Below, one piece after another: positions 30,543-38,519 of a DNA stretch of 62,397 bases; positions within the stretch are counted from its first letter, which is position 1, and each line of letters starts with the position of its first letter. The stretch is from contig JAQTRS010000005.1 of assembly GCA_028711705.1 (NCBI GenBank), positions 1 to 62,397 of the forward strand, given 5' to 3'. The notes under the pieces are model-generated. The model searched no databases and was not told the origin of the DNA. It saw nothing but the letters and a program-made list of their open reading frames with translations. The translations under genes were made by a program, and so were the position numbers. Source of the DNA: Candidatus Moraniibacteriota bacterium. Lineage in GTDB: Bacteria; Patescibacteriota; Minisyncoccia; Moranbacterales; UBA1568.

Positions 30543-31534
30543 TTATTGTATCATACCCGCAACCTTATCCCTTAACTTCGCTGTATTCCCCCACTTCAAA
30601 AGTCCCAGATACGATTGAACGACTCCTTCTTTATTGCCATTCTCCTCAAGATTGCGAAACATCCTTCGCTTGGTCGCCGTCCGTAAAACCCGATGATGTG
30701 GAAAATGCACCCAACCCAAAAAATCCACTCCCGAAGCCAGTGTTTCAATGGATACTTTATTCGGATGCATTTGCAGTTTCAATTCCCAGAGCAAGAACCC
30801 TTTCATCTGAAGTAAGATATCCTCAAGGTACGTTTTGTCTCGTGAAAATACAACAAAGTCATCCGCATAACGAATATACTGTCTCACTTTGAGCTCGTGT
30901 TCACGAATCGGTCGAATGCGTTCATATAGATATTGACCAGCAGTTGTGAAGTCAAATTTCCCAACGGCAGCCCGACGCCTGCGTGTGTTGAATGAAAGCT
31001 TCCGATAATTTCACTCAGCAACCACAAAATATCTTAATCGACAATGTGCTGTTTCAAAATTTTCACAAGAATTTCATGATCAATAGACGCGAAGAATTTC
31101 TTAATATCGCATTTGAGAACAAAGCAAGTTTTTGTATTGTTACAACTTACTTGGCGTGCAAACTCTTGAAACCGACTATTGGATTTATGTGTCCCTCTCT
31201 CATTTCGGCACGAATACGAATCGGCGATAAACTTCTTATCGAAAAACGGATACAAAACACGATATAAAGCGTGATGCACAATCCTGTCACACACCGAAGC
31301 CTTGTGAATGTCTCTGGGTTTGGGATCGGAGATTTTGAAAGCATGATACCCGCCGTGCCGATAGGTTTTGTTTTTCAATTCATCATGCAATGCAAGAATA
31401 TTGTCGGATAAACAATACTGAAACATCTGCACATCTGTCTTGTTGCGCTTGCCTTTCACAAAAGCTCGCCAAGCGACGAGCAAATTTTCCAAAGAAATGG
31501 TATCATCATAGATATGGACCAATTGTTTTCTCAT
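30543..31534 (-). pseudogene. DGR-type reverse transcriptase, interrupted by an in-frame TAA (31034-31036) and a -1 frameshift near 30900
   Basis: The three frame pieces read MRKQLVHIYDDTISLENLLVAWRAF...DPKPRDIHKASVCDRIVHHAL...FASIDHEILVKILKQHIVD*, then DILWLLSEIIGSFH...GLPLGNLTSQLLVNIYMNAFDRFV, then (shift) HELKVRQYIRYADDFVVFSRD. LGNLTSQ and YADD are DGR RT hallmarks. Confidence 0.85.
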
Positions 31535-31541
31535 ACTCCCA

Positions 31542-31937
31542 ATGTTACCCCCCCCCCCGACATTCTTGCAACCGAAACTCATTCCGGTCGTTTTGAAACT
31601 GAAAGACGCGTATGGCGTATGGCAAAATCATCTCCCTCATTTTCCCAAAGCGAATCGTTTCACGATCGGATCAAAAATCGACAACGTATTCCTTGCGACA
31701 ATCGAGTACTGTTTTCTGGCAAGTTACGCCAATGTTTCAGAGAAAATACCTCTTCTGGACAGAGCCATTTCACGAGTGGATCTGATTAAACTTTTGCTTC
31801 AATTGACTTGGGAAATGCATGCGCTCGATAACGCGAAGTATATGCAATTAAGCGAACGATTGGCAGAAATCGGACGGATGCTGGGCGGTTGGAAAAAAGG
31901 CCTCCAAGCAAAACAAAAACTCCCATCGGAAAGATAG
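31542..31937 (+). CDS. avd: Avd-like accessory variability determinant (four-helix-bundle family)
   Basis: 131-aa ORF containing HLPHFPKANRFTIGSKID. Its C-terminus RLAEIGRMLGGWKKGLQAK resembles the Bordetella phage Avd C-terminus. It lies on the strand opposite to the RT, TR and target. Confidence 0.75.
   Translation: MLPPPPTFLQPKLIPVVLKLKDAYGVWQNHLPHFPKANRFTIGSKIDNVFLATIEYCFLASYANVSEKIPLLDRAISRVDLIKLLLQLTWEMHALDNAKYMQLSERLAEIGRMLGGWKKGLQAKQKLPSER
31548..31558. repeat. C11 (G11) homopolymer tract in codons 3-6 of avd
   Basis: The sequence ATG TTA CCC CCC CCC CCG shows 11 consecutive C directly. Confidence 0.95.
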
Positions 31938-31954
31938 GAGAAAAAACACGGTTT

Positions 31955-32064
31955 CACGAGAACATTCGGTTATCCGCATTCCACCGGTCATTCTCGCCAA
32001 ACTTCCAGTCATTGACGTTCCACTTACCGTTGTCGGCATTCCAGTTTACGTTGACAACCGCGAC
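31955..32064 (-). repeat. DGR template repeat (TR)
   Basis: It is 110 nt colinear with 32382-32491. At all 16 mismatches this copy carries A on the minus strand. In the VR frame it reads as an Asn-rich peptide, VAVVNVNWNADNGKWNVNDWKFGENDRWNADNRMFS. Confidence 0.9.
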
Positions 32065-32368
32065 TCTCGTATGAGGTATCATCCATGCCACCACCCGTCG
32101 AATACTCTTCGGGTTGAATCGTATGCGGGATATCGAAGTCCTCCAACACCTCATACCAACGGTGTATTTTTTGTTTGAAAGAATTGGAAACCACTCTCGG
32201 CAGAGCCTTAACCCTCCCAATTCCCGATTTTCCATTCTTGAAATTCTTGTTCTCAGCCGTAACCGAAAACTTTTCAGAATTCCATAGTGAGTATATCAAA
32301 AAAAGCGGGCCCCTCATACCAAAGGTACAAAGAGCCCAAGAGCCTAAGTAAAAACAAGATTCCAAGTG

Positions 32369-32989
32369 TCACACCGGTTGGCACGAGAACACTCGGTAAG
32401 CCGCATCCCACCGGCCAAGCTCGCCAAACTTCCAGTCATTGACGAACCACCGACCGCTGTCGGCATTCCAGTAGACGCGGACAACCGCGACATACCCCAG
32501 TATTTTCAGATGAAATATATTTGCACGGTAATCGGTGTTGAGAAGTGAACCATCTTTACCGCCCCACTGTTTCAGCAGAAGCCATAGAATGAGAGTGAGA
32601 CCTTCGATAAGCCCGAACTCGTATCCTTTCGGCAATTCTCGATCGATTTCGCTGTCGGACATCCTTTCTTTGAGATCAAAATAGTATGCCGTTATTGGTT
32701 CAATCGTCTCGACAATTCCCTGAACGTATTTGAGAATATTTGCTCTGAAAGTTTCCCAAACATACAAACCTTCCTTTGTTTGAAAAAACTCAAGAAAGTT
32801 GAGGTTCGTTTGTGGATCGGTTGTTACTGAATTCACATATCTCAGTTTATCCGACTGCCATTTTAAGGCAGGTTCATTTTTTTCGCCAGCTTCTCTGCTG
32901 GCGTTTATAGCATTCTGCAAAATTTCCGAAGAAATTTTGCCACAAATGCACAGCCAGGTGAAATACGCCCATTGTTTTATTTTATTCAT
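32369..32989 (-). CDS. DGR target protein (hypothetical, VR in the last ~40 codons)
   Basis: The start is set at ATG 32989 (MNKIKQW...) with a GGAGAG Shine-Dalgarno sequence 6 nt upstream. An upstream ATG at 33037 is also open. I see no obvious signal peptide. Confidence 0.75.
   Translation of the reverse strand: MNKIKQWAYFTWLCICGKISSEILQNAINASREAGEKNEPALKWQSDKLRYVNSVTTDPQTNLNFLEFFQTKEGLYVWETFRANILKYVQGIVETIEPITAYYFDLKERMSDSEIDRELPKGYEFGLIEGLTLILWLLLKQWGGKDGSLLNTDYRANIFHLKILGYVAVVRVYWNADSGRWFVNDWKFGELGRWDAAYRVFSCQPV
32382..32491 (-). repeat. DGR variable repeat (VR) at the 3' end of the target gene
   Basis: It encodes VAVVRVYWNADSGRWFVNDWKFGELGRWDAAYRVFS. The 16 substitutions relative to TR all fall at TR adenines. 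Confidence 0.9.
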
Positions 32990-33098
32990 AATGACTCTCC
33001 TCTGCGTTTGAGTCGTTGGGAAAATGGCGGTTGCCATGATTTTTAAGGATATAAAATCCTTTATTAGTCTTATTTGATTGTTAAGAAACTAACAGTGC

Positions 33099-33127
33099 AT
33101 TGTACACCTCTTTGTGGGATTTGTCAA
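33099..33127 (-). promoter_or_regulatory. candidate promoter of the DGR target gene
   Basis: The minus strand reads TTGACA, a 17-nt spacer, then TACAAT. Confidence 0.55.
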
Positions 33128-33210
33128 TACAAATTCTCAAAATACGCTTCATTGAGCCATTTTATTTTCTAATACTGCATTGATCGCTTATAATGATCAA
33201 TCGCATAAAA

Positions 33211-34626
33211 TTAGGGTAAACGCCCAAACAAGATTTCTCCCTTGCGATTTGTAAGCATTGCCTGCATCTTCTCTACTGTTGTAGGCATAAACGGAGGCAA
33301 GAGCTGCGCGATCAAAGCCAAGTCCTCGAGCAATTTCTTCATCACCGCTTCAAATTTTTCCGTATCGGTTTTCGCAAGTTCCCACGGCTTATTTTCCTCG
33401 ATAAATTTGTTGGCATTCCGAACGATAGCCCAAATGTATTCCAACCCCTCACTCAACTTATATTTCTCAAGTAATTTCACAAATTCCTCCGGTAGGTCTT
33501 TGCTCGTTGTTAATTGTTGACTGTTAAGTGTCTTCTCTGCCAGTTTCAAAACACGCGATACCAGATTGCCCAAACCATTCGCAAGATCGGCATTGTATTT
33601 CTCTGTCAGGCGCTCCCAGGTCACATCCGTATCATCTCCGATCGGCGCACCGGAAAGTAGAAGATACCGCGTCCCATCGATGCCGAATTTTTCCACCAAT
33701 TCCTCGGGCGCGATCACATTGCCCAAGCTCTTGCTCATTTTCTGACCACCGACATTGATGAATCCATTGATAAGTATCTGTTTGGAAGGCGAAAGTCCTG
33801 CCGAAAAAAGCATCGCCTGCCACATAGCGGATTGCTGGCGCAAATTATCCTTGCCGCAAATCTGCACACCCGGCCAAAACGCCTCAAAATTCTCCGTATC
33901 CTCCGACCAACCTAAAGTTGAGATGTAATTGACGAGTGCATCAAACCACACATACATCACGTGCTCGTCATCACCCGGCACCGGCACGCCCCACGGCATC
34001 TTCGCCTTGAGTCGTGATATGCTGAAATCCGAAAGTCCCCGCTCCACAAAAGCTACGATCTCGTTCATCCTTTTTTTTGGCACCACAAAATCCGGTCGCT
34101 CTTTATAGAGTTTCAAAAGCGTTTCTTGATACTTTGAAAAATGGAAAAAATAATTCTCCTCCTCGATGATCTGTAGTTCTGTGTTCGGATGAATAGGACA
34201 TTTCCCGTCCACTAAATCAGAATCGGTCTTTTCCAATTCGCACCCCACGCAATACCTGACGCTGTATTGTTTCTTGTAAATATCGCCATTTGCTTCGCAA
34301 CGCTTCCAAAACTCCTGCGCCGCCGACTCGTGATGCGTATCGGTCGTGCGGATAAAGTGCGTATAGCTGATATTCAACTGCTTCCATGGCTCCATGAAAT
34401 GCTCCACCATCTCATCACAATATTCTTGCGGTGTTTTCCCAAGCTCCAAAGCCTTCTCATAAATCTTGGTGCCATGCTCATCCACCCCGGTATTGAAAAC
34501 GACCTCATCACCCAAAGAGCGATGGAAGCGTGCAATGGCATCCGCTTCGAGAATTTCCAAGCCAAAGCCGATATGAGGCTTGGCATTCACATACGGCAGC
34601 GTGGTGGTGATATAGAATCTTGACAT
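33211..34626 (-). CDS. metG: methionine--tRNA ligase (short form)
   Basis: It begins FYITTTLPYVNAKPHIGF, carries KMSKSLGN and has a CxxC...C Zn knuckle. Confidence 0.95.
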   Translation of the reverse strand: MSRFYITTTLPYVNAKPHIGFGLEILEADAIARFHRSLGDEVVFNTGVDEHGTKIYEKALELGKTPQEYCDEMVEHFMEPWKQLNISYTHFIRTTDTHHESAAQEFWKRCEANGDIYKKQYSVRYCVGCELEKTDSDLVDGKCPIHPNTELQIIEEENYFFHFSKYQETLLKLYKERPDFVVPKKRMNEIVAFVERGLSDFSISRLKAKMPWGVPVPGDDEHVMYVWFDALVNYISTLGWSEDTENFEAFWPGVQICGKDNLRQQSAMWQAMLFSAGLSPSKQILINGFINVGGQKMSKSLGNVIAPEELVEKFGIDGTRYLLLSGAPIGDDTDVTWERLTEKYNADLANGLGNLVSRVLKLAEKTLNSQQLTTSKDLPEEFVKLLEKYKLSEGLEYIWAIVRNANKFIEENKPWELAKTDTEKFEAVMKKLLEDLALIAQLLPPFMPTTVEKMQAMLTNRKGEILFGRLP

Positions 34627-34649
34627 AGGGGAGAATTAAGTATATATAG

Positions 34650-34679
34650 AGTATAGCCTTAAACAAGGCAATTTTGCAA
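34650..34679 (-). promoter_or_regulatory. candidate metG promoter
   Basis: The minus strand reads TTGCAA, an 18-nt spacer, then TATACT. It lies about 25 nt upstream of the ATG. Confidence 0.4.
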
Positions 34680-34696
34680 ACAAATAGGAGAATGCG

Positions 34697-34933
34697 ATGA
34701 AACCTTCATCAATCGAAAGAAAAGAAAGGGGATTTACACAATTATCCCGTGAAAGTAGTGCAGCATTGTTTGTGCTCGTTCTGGTTTTAGTGTTTGGCAT
34801 TAAACCTGCTGTATATTTTAAACTTATTTCCGAACCAAAAAATTGGAAAGCTGAGTACTCATACAGGCAATTTGGACTGCAAATGCAGCAGCAATCAAAT
34901 AAGTATAACGACATCAAACCAATACCCAGGTAA
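34697..34933 (+). CDS. small membrane protein (hypothetical)
   Basis: An AGGAG Shine-Dalgarno sequence lies 6 nt upstream of the ATG. The ORF has one TM helix (AALFVLVLVLVFGI). An overlapping antisense ORF (34636-35025) is an alternative reading. Confidence 0.35.
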   Translation: MKPSSIERKERGFTQLSRESSAALFVLVLVLVFGIKPAVYFKLISEPKNWKAEYSYRQFGLQMQQQSNKYNDIKPIPR

Positions 34934-35228
34934 CCGTAAGCTAAGGAGGCTATCATACCAAATAACAAACCGCCCATAAGCACTGCCGAGATTTTTATGG
35001 CCATCATCCTGATTCTTGGAAGCATGGCTTTAGCACTGCTCTAAACCAATCATGTATCCGCAAGCAGGGCTCTGGAAAATTCCATCCCTGTTTTTAATTT
35101 TAAAAATCACCTATTTTTTCGCCTATTTTCTTGTCAAAAAAGCAATTTTTCCGGAACGATGCGAGTACGCATATGTTCCTTGAAAAATTCTTTTTCATAA
35201 GAAAATAATCACTACTAGTGCCGCTTGA

Positions 35229-35909
35229 TCAATACACAACAATCACAAACTCCCCCCTCACCTTCCCTGGATTCTGCCGATAATATTCCAGCGTTTCCCC
35301 GACCGTGCCACGGATGATTTCTTCAAACATTTTTGTCAATTCGCGCCCGACTATCACTCGCTTGGTCGGGGCCGTTTCCTTCAGCAATTCGAGGTTTTTG
35401 AGCACTCGATAGGGCGATTCATAATAGACAACCGGAACGCGCGACTCTGCGACTTCCGTAAAATACGTCTGCCGTCCTTTCTTGTGCGGTGGAAATCCCT
35501 TGAACAGGAATTCCTGCAAATTGATACCCGCCACGGATACAATAGCTCCAAGGGCCGAAGCTCCCGGGATAGGCGAAACCATACAGCCTGCGGCCGCCAC
35601 CTGCGCCACCACCTCATTGCCTGGGTCGGACATCCCCGGCGTTCCGGCGTCGGTAATGAGCGCCACATCCAAGCCCTGCTTGAGTTTCTCGATCACCCGG
35701 TCGATCTTGTCCGTCGCGCTGTGCTGCGGAATCGCCAGGAGTGTCTTCTGGATCTCATAGCGGAACAAAAGCTTTTTGGCCACGCGCGTGTCCTCGCACA
35801 CGATCATATCTGCCTCCTGAAGCACTCGCAAGGCGCGCAAGGTCAAATCCTCCATGTTCCCGATGGGTGTCGCCACGATATATAGGGTTCCTTTTTTTTC
35901 TTCAGTCAT
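35229..35909 (-). CDS. rsmI: 16S rRNA (cytidine1402-2'-O)-methyltransferase
   Basis: GTLYIVATPIGNMEDLTLRALRVLQEADMIVCEDTR. Confidence 0.93.
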   Translation of the reverse strand: MTEEKKGTLYIVATPIGNMEDLTLRALRVLQEADMIVCEDTRVAKKLLFRYEIQKTLLAIPQHSATDKIDRVIEKLKQGLDVALITDAGTPGMSDPGNEVVAQVAAAGCMVSPIPGASALGAIVSVAGINLQEFLFKGFPPHKKGRQTYFTEVAESRVPVVYYESPYRVLKNLELLKETAPTKRVIVGRELTKMFEEIIRGTVGETLEYYRQNPGKVRGEFVIVVY

Positions 35910-36008
35910 ATGATGTATAAGAATTTGTTTCCACATATTTTTTCATGACCGTTGGAGTACTCGAGAAGGTCTTGAAAAAATATGTGGAAACAAATTCCTT
36001 CCGAGTAA

Positions 36009-37022
36009 TTAAATTTTCCTCTTCTCCAGAAAATCTTCCACGAAAATACCGAGCACCGCAGCAGCCGGCACGGCCAAGATGATACCCAAGAGCCCACCGA
36101 GCTTGGCGCCGATCAGAAGCGAAAGGATAACAGCGACCGGATTGACACCCACGGCACGTTTCATCACCTGGGGAGTGATGGCATGGCTTTCGATCTGATG
36201 CGCCAATGTGTAGAACACGAGCGTGGAAAGGCCGAGGAGCGGCGAGACGAGCATGGCCATAATGACCGCCGGGATGGCCGCGATAATCGGCCCGACATAC
36301 GGAATGATCTCAAGCACACCCCCGAGAATCGAAAGTACCAAGGCATAGGGCACGCCCAAAAGAGTCAGTCCGATGAAATACATCACGAACACGGTTATCA
36401 TGAGCACCAATTGCCCCACGAGCCAGTGGCTGATCTTCTTCTGGGTGCGCTCGGCGATCGTTACCACATACTCCTCATACTGTTTGGGTGTCACGGACAC
36501 CAAGAACTTCTCAACCCCGTTTTCCTCCAAAGACATATACAGCGAGAGGAAAAAGAATACGATAAAGGAAATCAGTCCGGAGAAAAATCCGATGGTTGTG
36601 GAAAAGATACCGGAAAAGGAGCTCGAAAAACTATCTTCGATATTCTTCAGGAAGGCATCCTGATCGAAATTGAAGTAGTGGGCATCGAAATACCGCCCCA
36701 TTTGGGCTAATTTATCCACATAACTCGGGAAATTATCCACAAATTGCCCTATCTGGTTGATAAATGGTGGGATAACCAAAGCGATCAAAAGCCCTATCAC
36801 GAGCAGCATCGACATATACACCAACACCACCGCACCCGCTCGTGGCAGCTTCTTGCGTTGAAACCATTTGATAAGCGGAGACAGGGATGCCGACACCACG
36901 ATAGCGAGGAACGTCAGCACGATGATATCGCGGATAAGATACAGGAACGCCGCCCCCAAAAACATGAGTCCGGCTCGAAAAAGCAATTTCGTCCCGACTT
37001 CGACTTGTTGGCTTGTGGTCAT
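36009..37022 (-). CDS. AI-2E family transporter (PerM/UPF0118)
   Basis: It has about 8 TM helices. The conserved C-terminal block is LEIIPYVGPIIAAIPAV...HAITPQVM. Confidence 0.85.
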   Translation of the reverse strand: MTTSQQVEVGTKLLFRAGLMFLGAAFLYLIRDIIVLTFLAIVVSASLSPLIKWFQRKKLPRAGAVVLVYMSMLLVIGLLIALVIPPFINQIGQFVDNFPSYVDKLAQMGRYFDAHYFNFDQDAFLKNIEDSFSSSFSGIFSTTIGFFSGLISFIVFFFLSLYMSLEENGVEKFLVSVTPKQYEEYVVTIAERTQKKISHWLVGQLVLMITVFVMYFIGLTLLGVPYALVLSILGGVLEIIPYVGPIIAAIPAVIMAMLVSPLLGLSTLVFYTLAHQIESHAITPQVMKRAVGVNPVAVILSLLIGAKLGGLLGIILAVPAAAVLGIFVEDFLEKRKI

Positions 37023-37139
37023 ACGTTTTTAAGAATCAAGAATTAAGAATTTTGAATCAAGCAACATCCCCTATAAGAATCACCGTTTTGGATCCGAGTG
37101 CACGCGCTTGGTTCTTTATTCTTTATTCCTGATTTTTGC

Positions 37140-38408
37140 TTACAATTTCAATAATCCCTCTAATTTTTTCGTCTGCTTGTGCGGCCCGATAACAGCGAGA
37201 TTGAGCGTCTTTTCCGTAAAGATATCCTGTGCCACACGCAGCACATCCTCAGCGGTCACCGCGTCGATATGCGCGAATATCTCTGACGGCACCTTTATCC
37301 TACCTTTGATAAGCTCCTGCTCGACCAAGAACGACACTACCTCATCGGAAGACTCCAGATTCATGACCGCACTTCCCTTGATATATTCTTTCGCCTTGAG
37401 CAGCTCCCTTTCCGGAACTAGCTCGCGACTGATGAGCCGATATTCCTCCAAGACGGTCGTGATGGTTTCTTCAAGGTTCTTATGCTCCACGCCGCACTGC
37501 GTCACCAGGTAGCCGACATCCACGGACGTGTCCGAAAAGGTGCTCACATTATAGGCCAAACCTTTGCGCTCACGCACCGAAATGAACATGCGGCTCGACA
37601 TATTGCCGCCCAAGATGGTCGCCAAAACCGACAGCACATACCGATCGGGATGATTGAAGTCGAAAGCCCGGACGCCGAGCATCAGATGCGTCTGATCCGT
37701 TTTCTTATGCTTCACGAGCAGCGCCGGCTTGGTCTGCTTTTCCTTCATCAATTTGCACGCCGTCGCCTTGCCGACACGGATGCCTTTGAACACCTTCGCG
37801 ATTTCCTTTTTCATTTTTTCCGCATCGAATTTTCCCGCCACACCCACGACGACATTGGAGGCGATGTAGTGCTGGTCGAGGTATTTGATGAAATCCGCCC
37901 GCTTGAAATTCTTGATATTCTCTTTGGTCCCGATAATATCCCAACCCAGCGGCGTATCACCATACAGAAGCTCCTCGAAGAGGTCGCTCACCTTGCGGCG
38001 TGGCGAATCCTCATACATGGCCATCTCCTGCAGTATCGCTCCCCGCTCGTGATCGATTTCTTCCTGATCGATTTTCGAATTGAGAAAAATATCGCTCACG
38101 ACATCCAGCGCGATATCGCCATGCTTGGCATCAACTTTGGCGTAATAGCCCGTGCGTTCCTTGGAAGTATAGGCATTGTAATCCCCGCCGATGGCGTCGA
38201 GCTCCTCGGTGATGGAAAGCGAGGTCGGTCGCTTTTTGGTGCCCTTGAAAAACATATGCTCCAAAAAATGTGAGAGCCCGTTTTGTTTGCGCGTCTCATA
38301 GCGCGATCCGGTGCCGGTCGTCATCAGCACCGTCATCGTCTGTGTCTCTTTCATCGGCGCCAGTATCACCCGCAACCCGTTTTTCAATGTCAGTTTCTCG
38401 TAATGCAT
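37140..38408 (-). CDS. M16-family (pitrilysin/insulinase-like) zinc peptidase
   Basis: GLSHFLEHMFFKGT contains the inverted HxxEH zinc motif. Confidence 0.9.
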   Translation of the reverse strand: MHYEKLTLKNGLRVILAPMKETQTMTVLMTTGTGSRYETRKQNGLSHFLEHMFFKGTKKRPTSLSITEELDAIGGDYNAYTSKERTGYYAKVDAKHGDIALDVVSDIFLNSKIDQEEIDHERGAILQEMAMYEDSPRRKVSDLFEELLYGDTPLGWDIIGTKENIKNFKRADFIKYLDQHYIASNVVVGVAGKFDAEKMKKEIAKVFKGIRVGKATACKLMKEKQTKPALLVKHKKTDQTHLMLGVRAFDFNHPDRYVLSVLATILGGNMSSRMFISVRERKGLAYNVSTFSDTSVDVGYLVTQCGVEHKNLEETITTVLEEYRLISRELVPERELLKAKEYIKGSAVMNLESSDEVVSFLVEQELIKGRIKVPSEIFAHIDAVTAEDVLRVAQDIFTEKTLNLAVIGPHKQTKKLEGLLKL

Positions 38409-38519
38409 AGTTTCGGAATCAAGAGTTATGAACCAGGCGCTTCAAATACCTATCGCGCATCGATATGGCATGTTTTCACAAAAGATAGAGCAGCGATACA
38501 TCGACAGACAACAAGCGCT

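Larger units (their letters stand above)
30543..32989 (-). mobile_element. diversity-generating retroelement cassette (target-VR, TR, inverted avd, disrupted RT)
   Basis: See the component features below. The TR/VR pair shows mismatches only at template adenines. Confidence 0.85.

Noticed and set aside
31954-32235. A 93-aa minus-strand ORF ends in the Asn-rich peptide VAVVNVNWNADNGKW..., looking like a second target gene.
   Set aside because: Its C-terminus is the DGR template repeat itself. Upstream of the repeat it shows no similarity to the target protein and has no credible start or Shine-Dalgarno sequence. I interpret it as non-coding TR RNA.
36712-36741. Two perfect DnaA-box 9-mers (TTATCCACA at 36712-36720 and 36733-36741) lie 12 nt apart. 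With parAB also in the window, this raised the possibility of oriC.
   Set aside because: Both lie inside the intact AI-2E transporter CDS, where they encode FVDN and YVDK on the other strand. There is no adjacent AT-rich unwinding element or dnaA/dnaN, and they are 30 kb from parAB. Coincidence from a repeated VD codon pair is likely.
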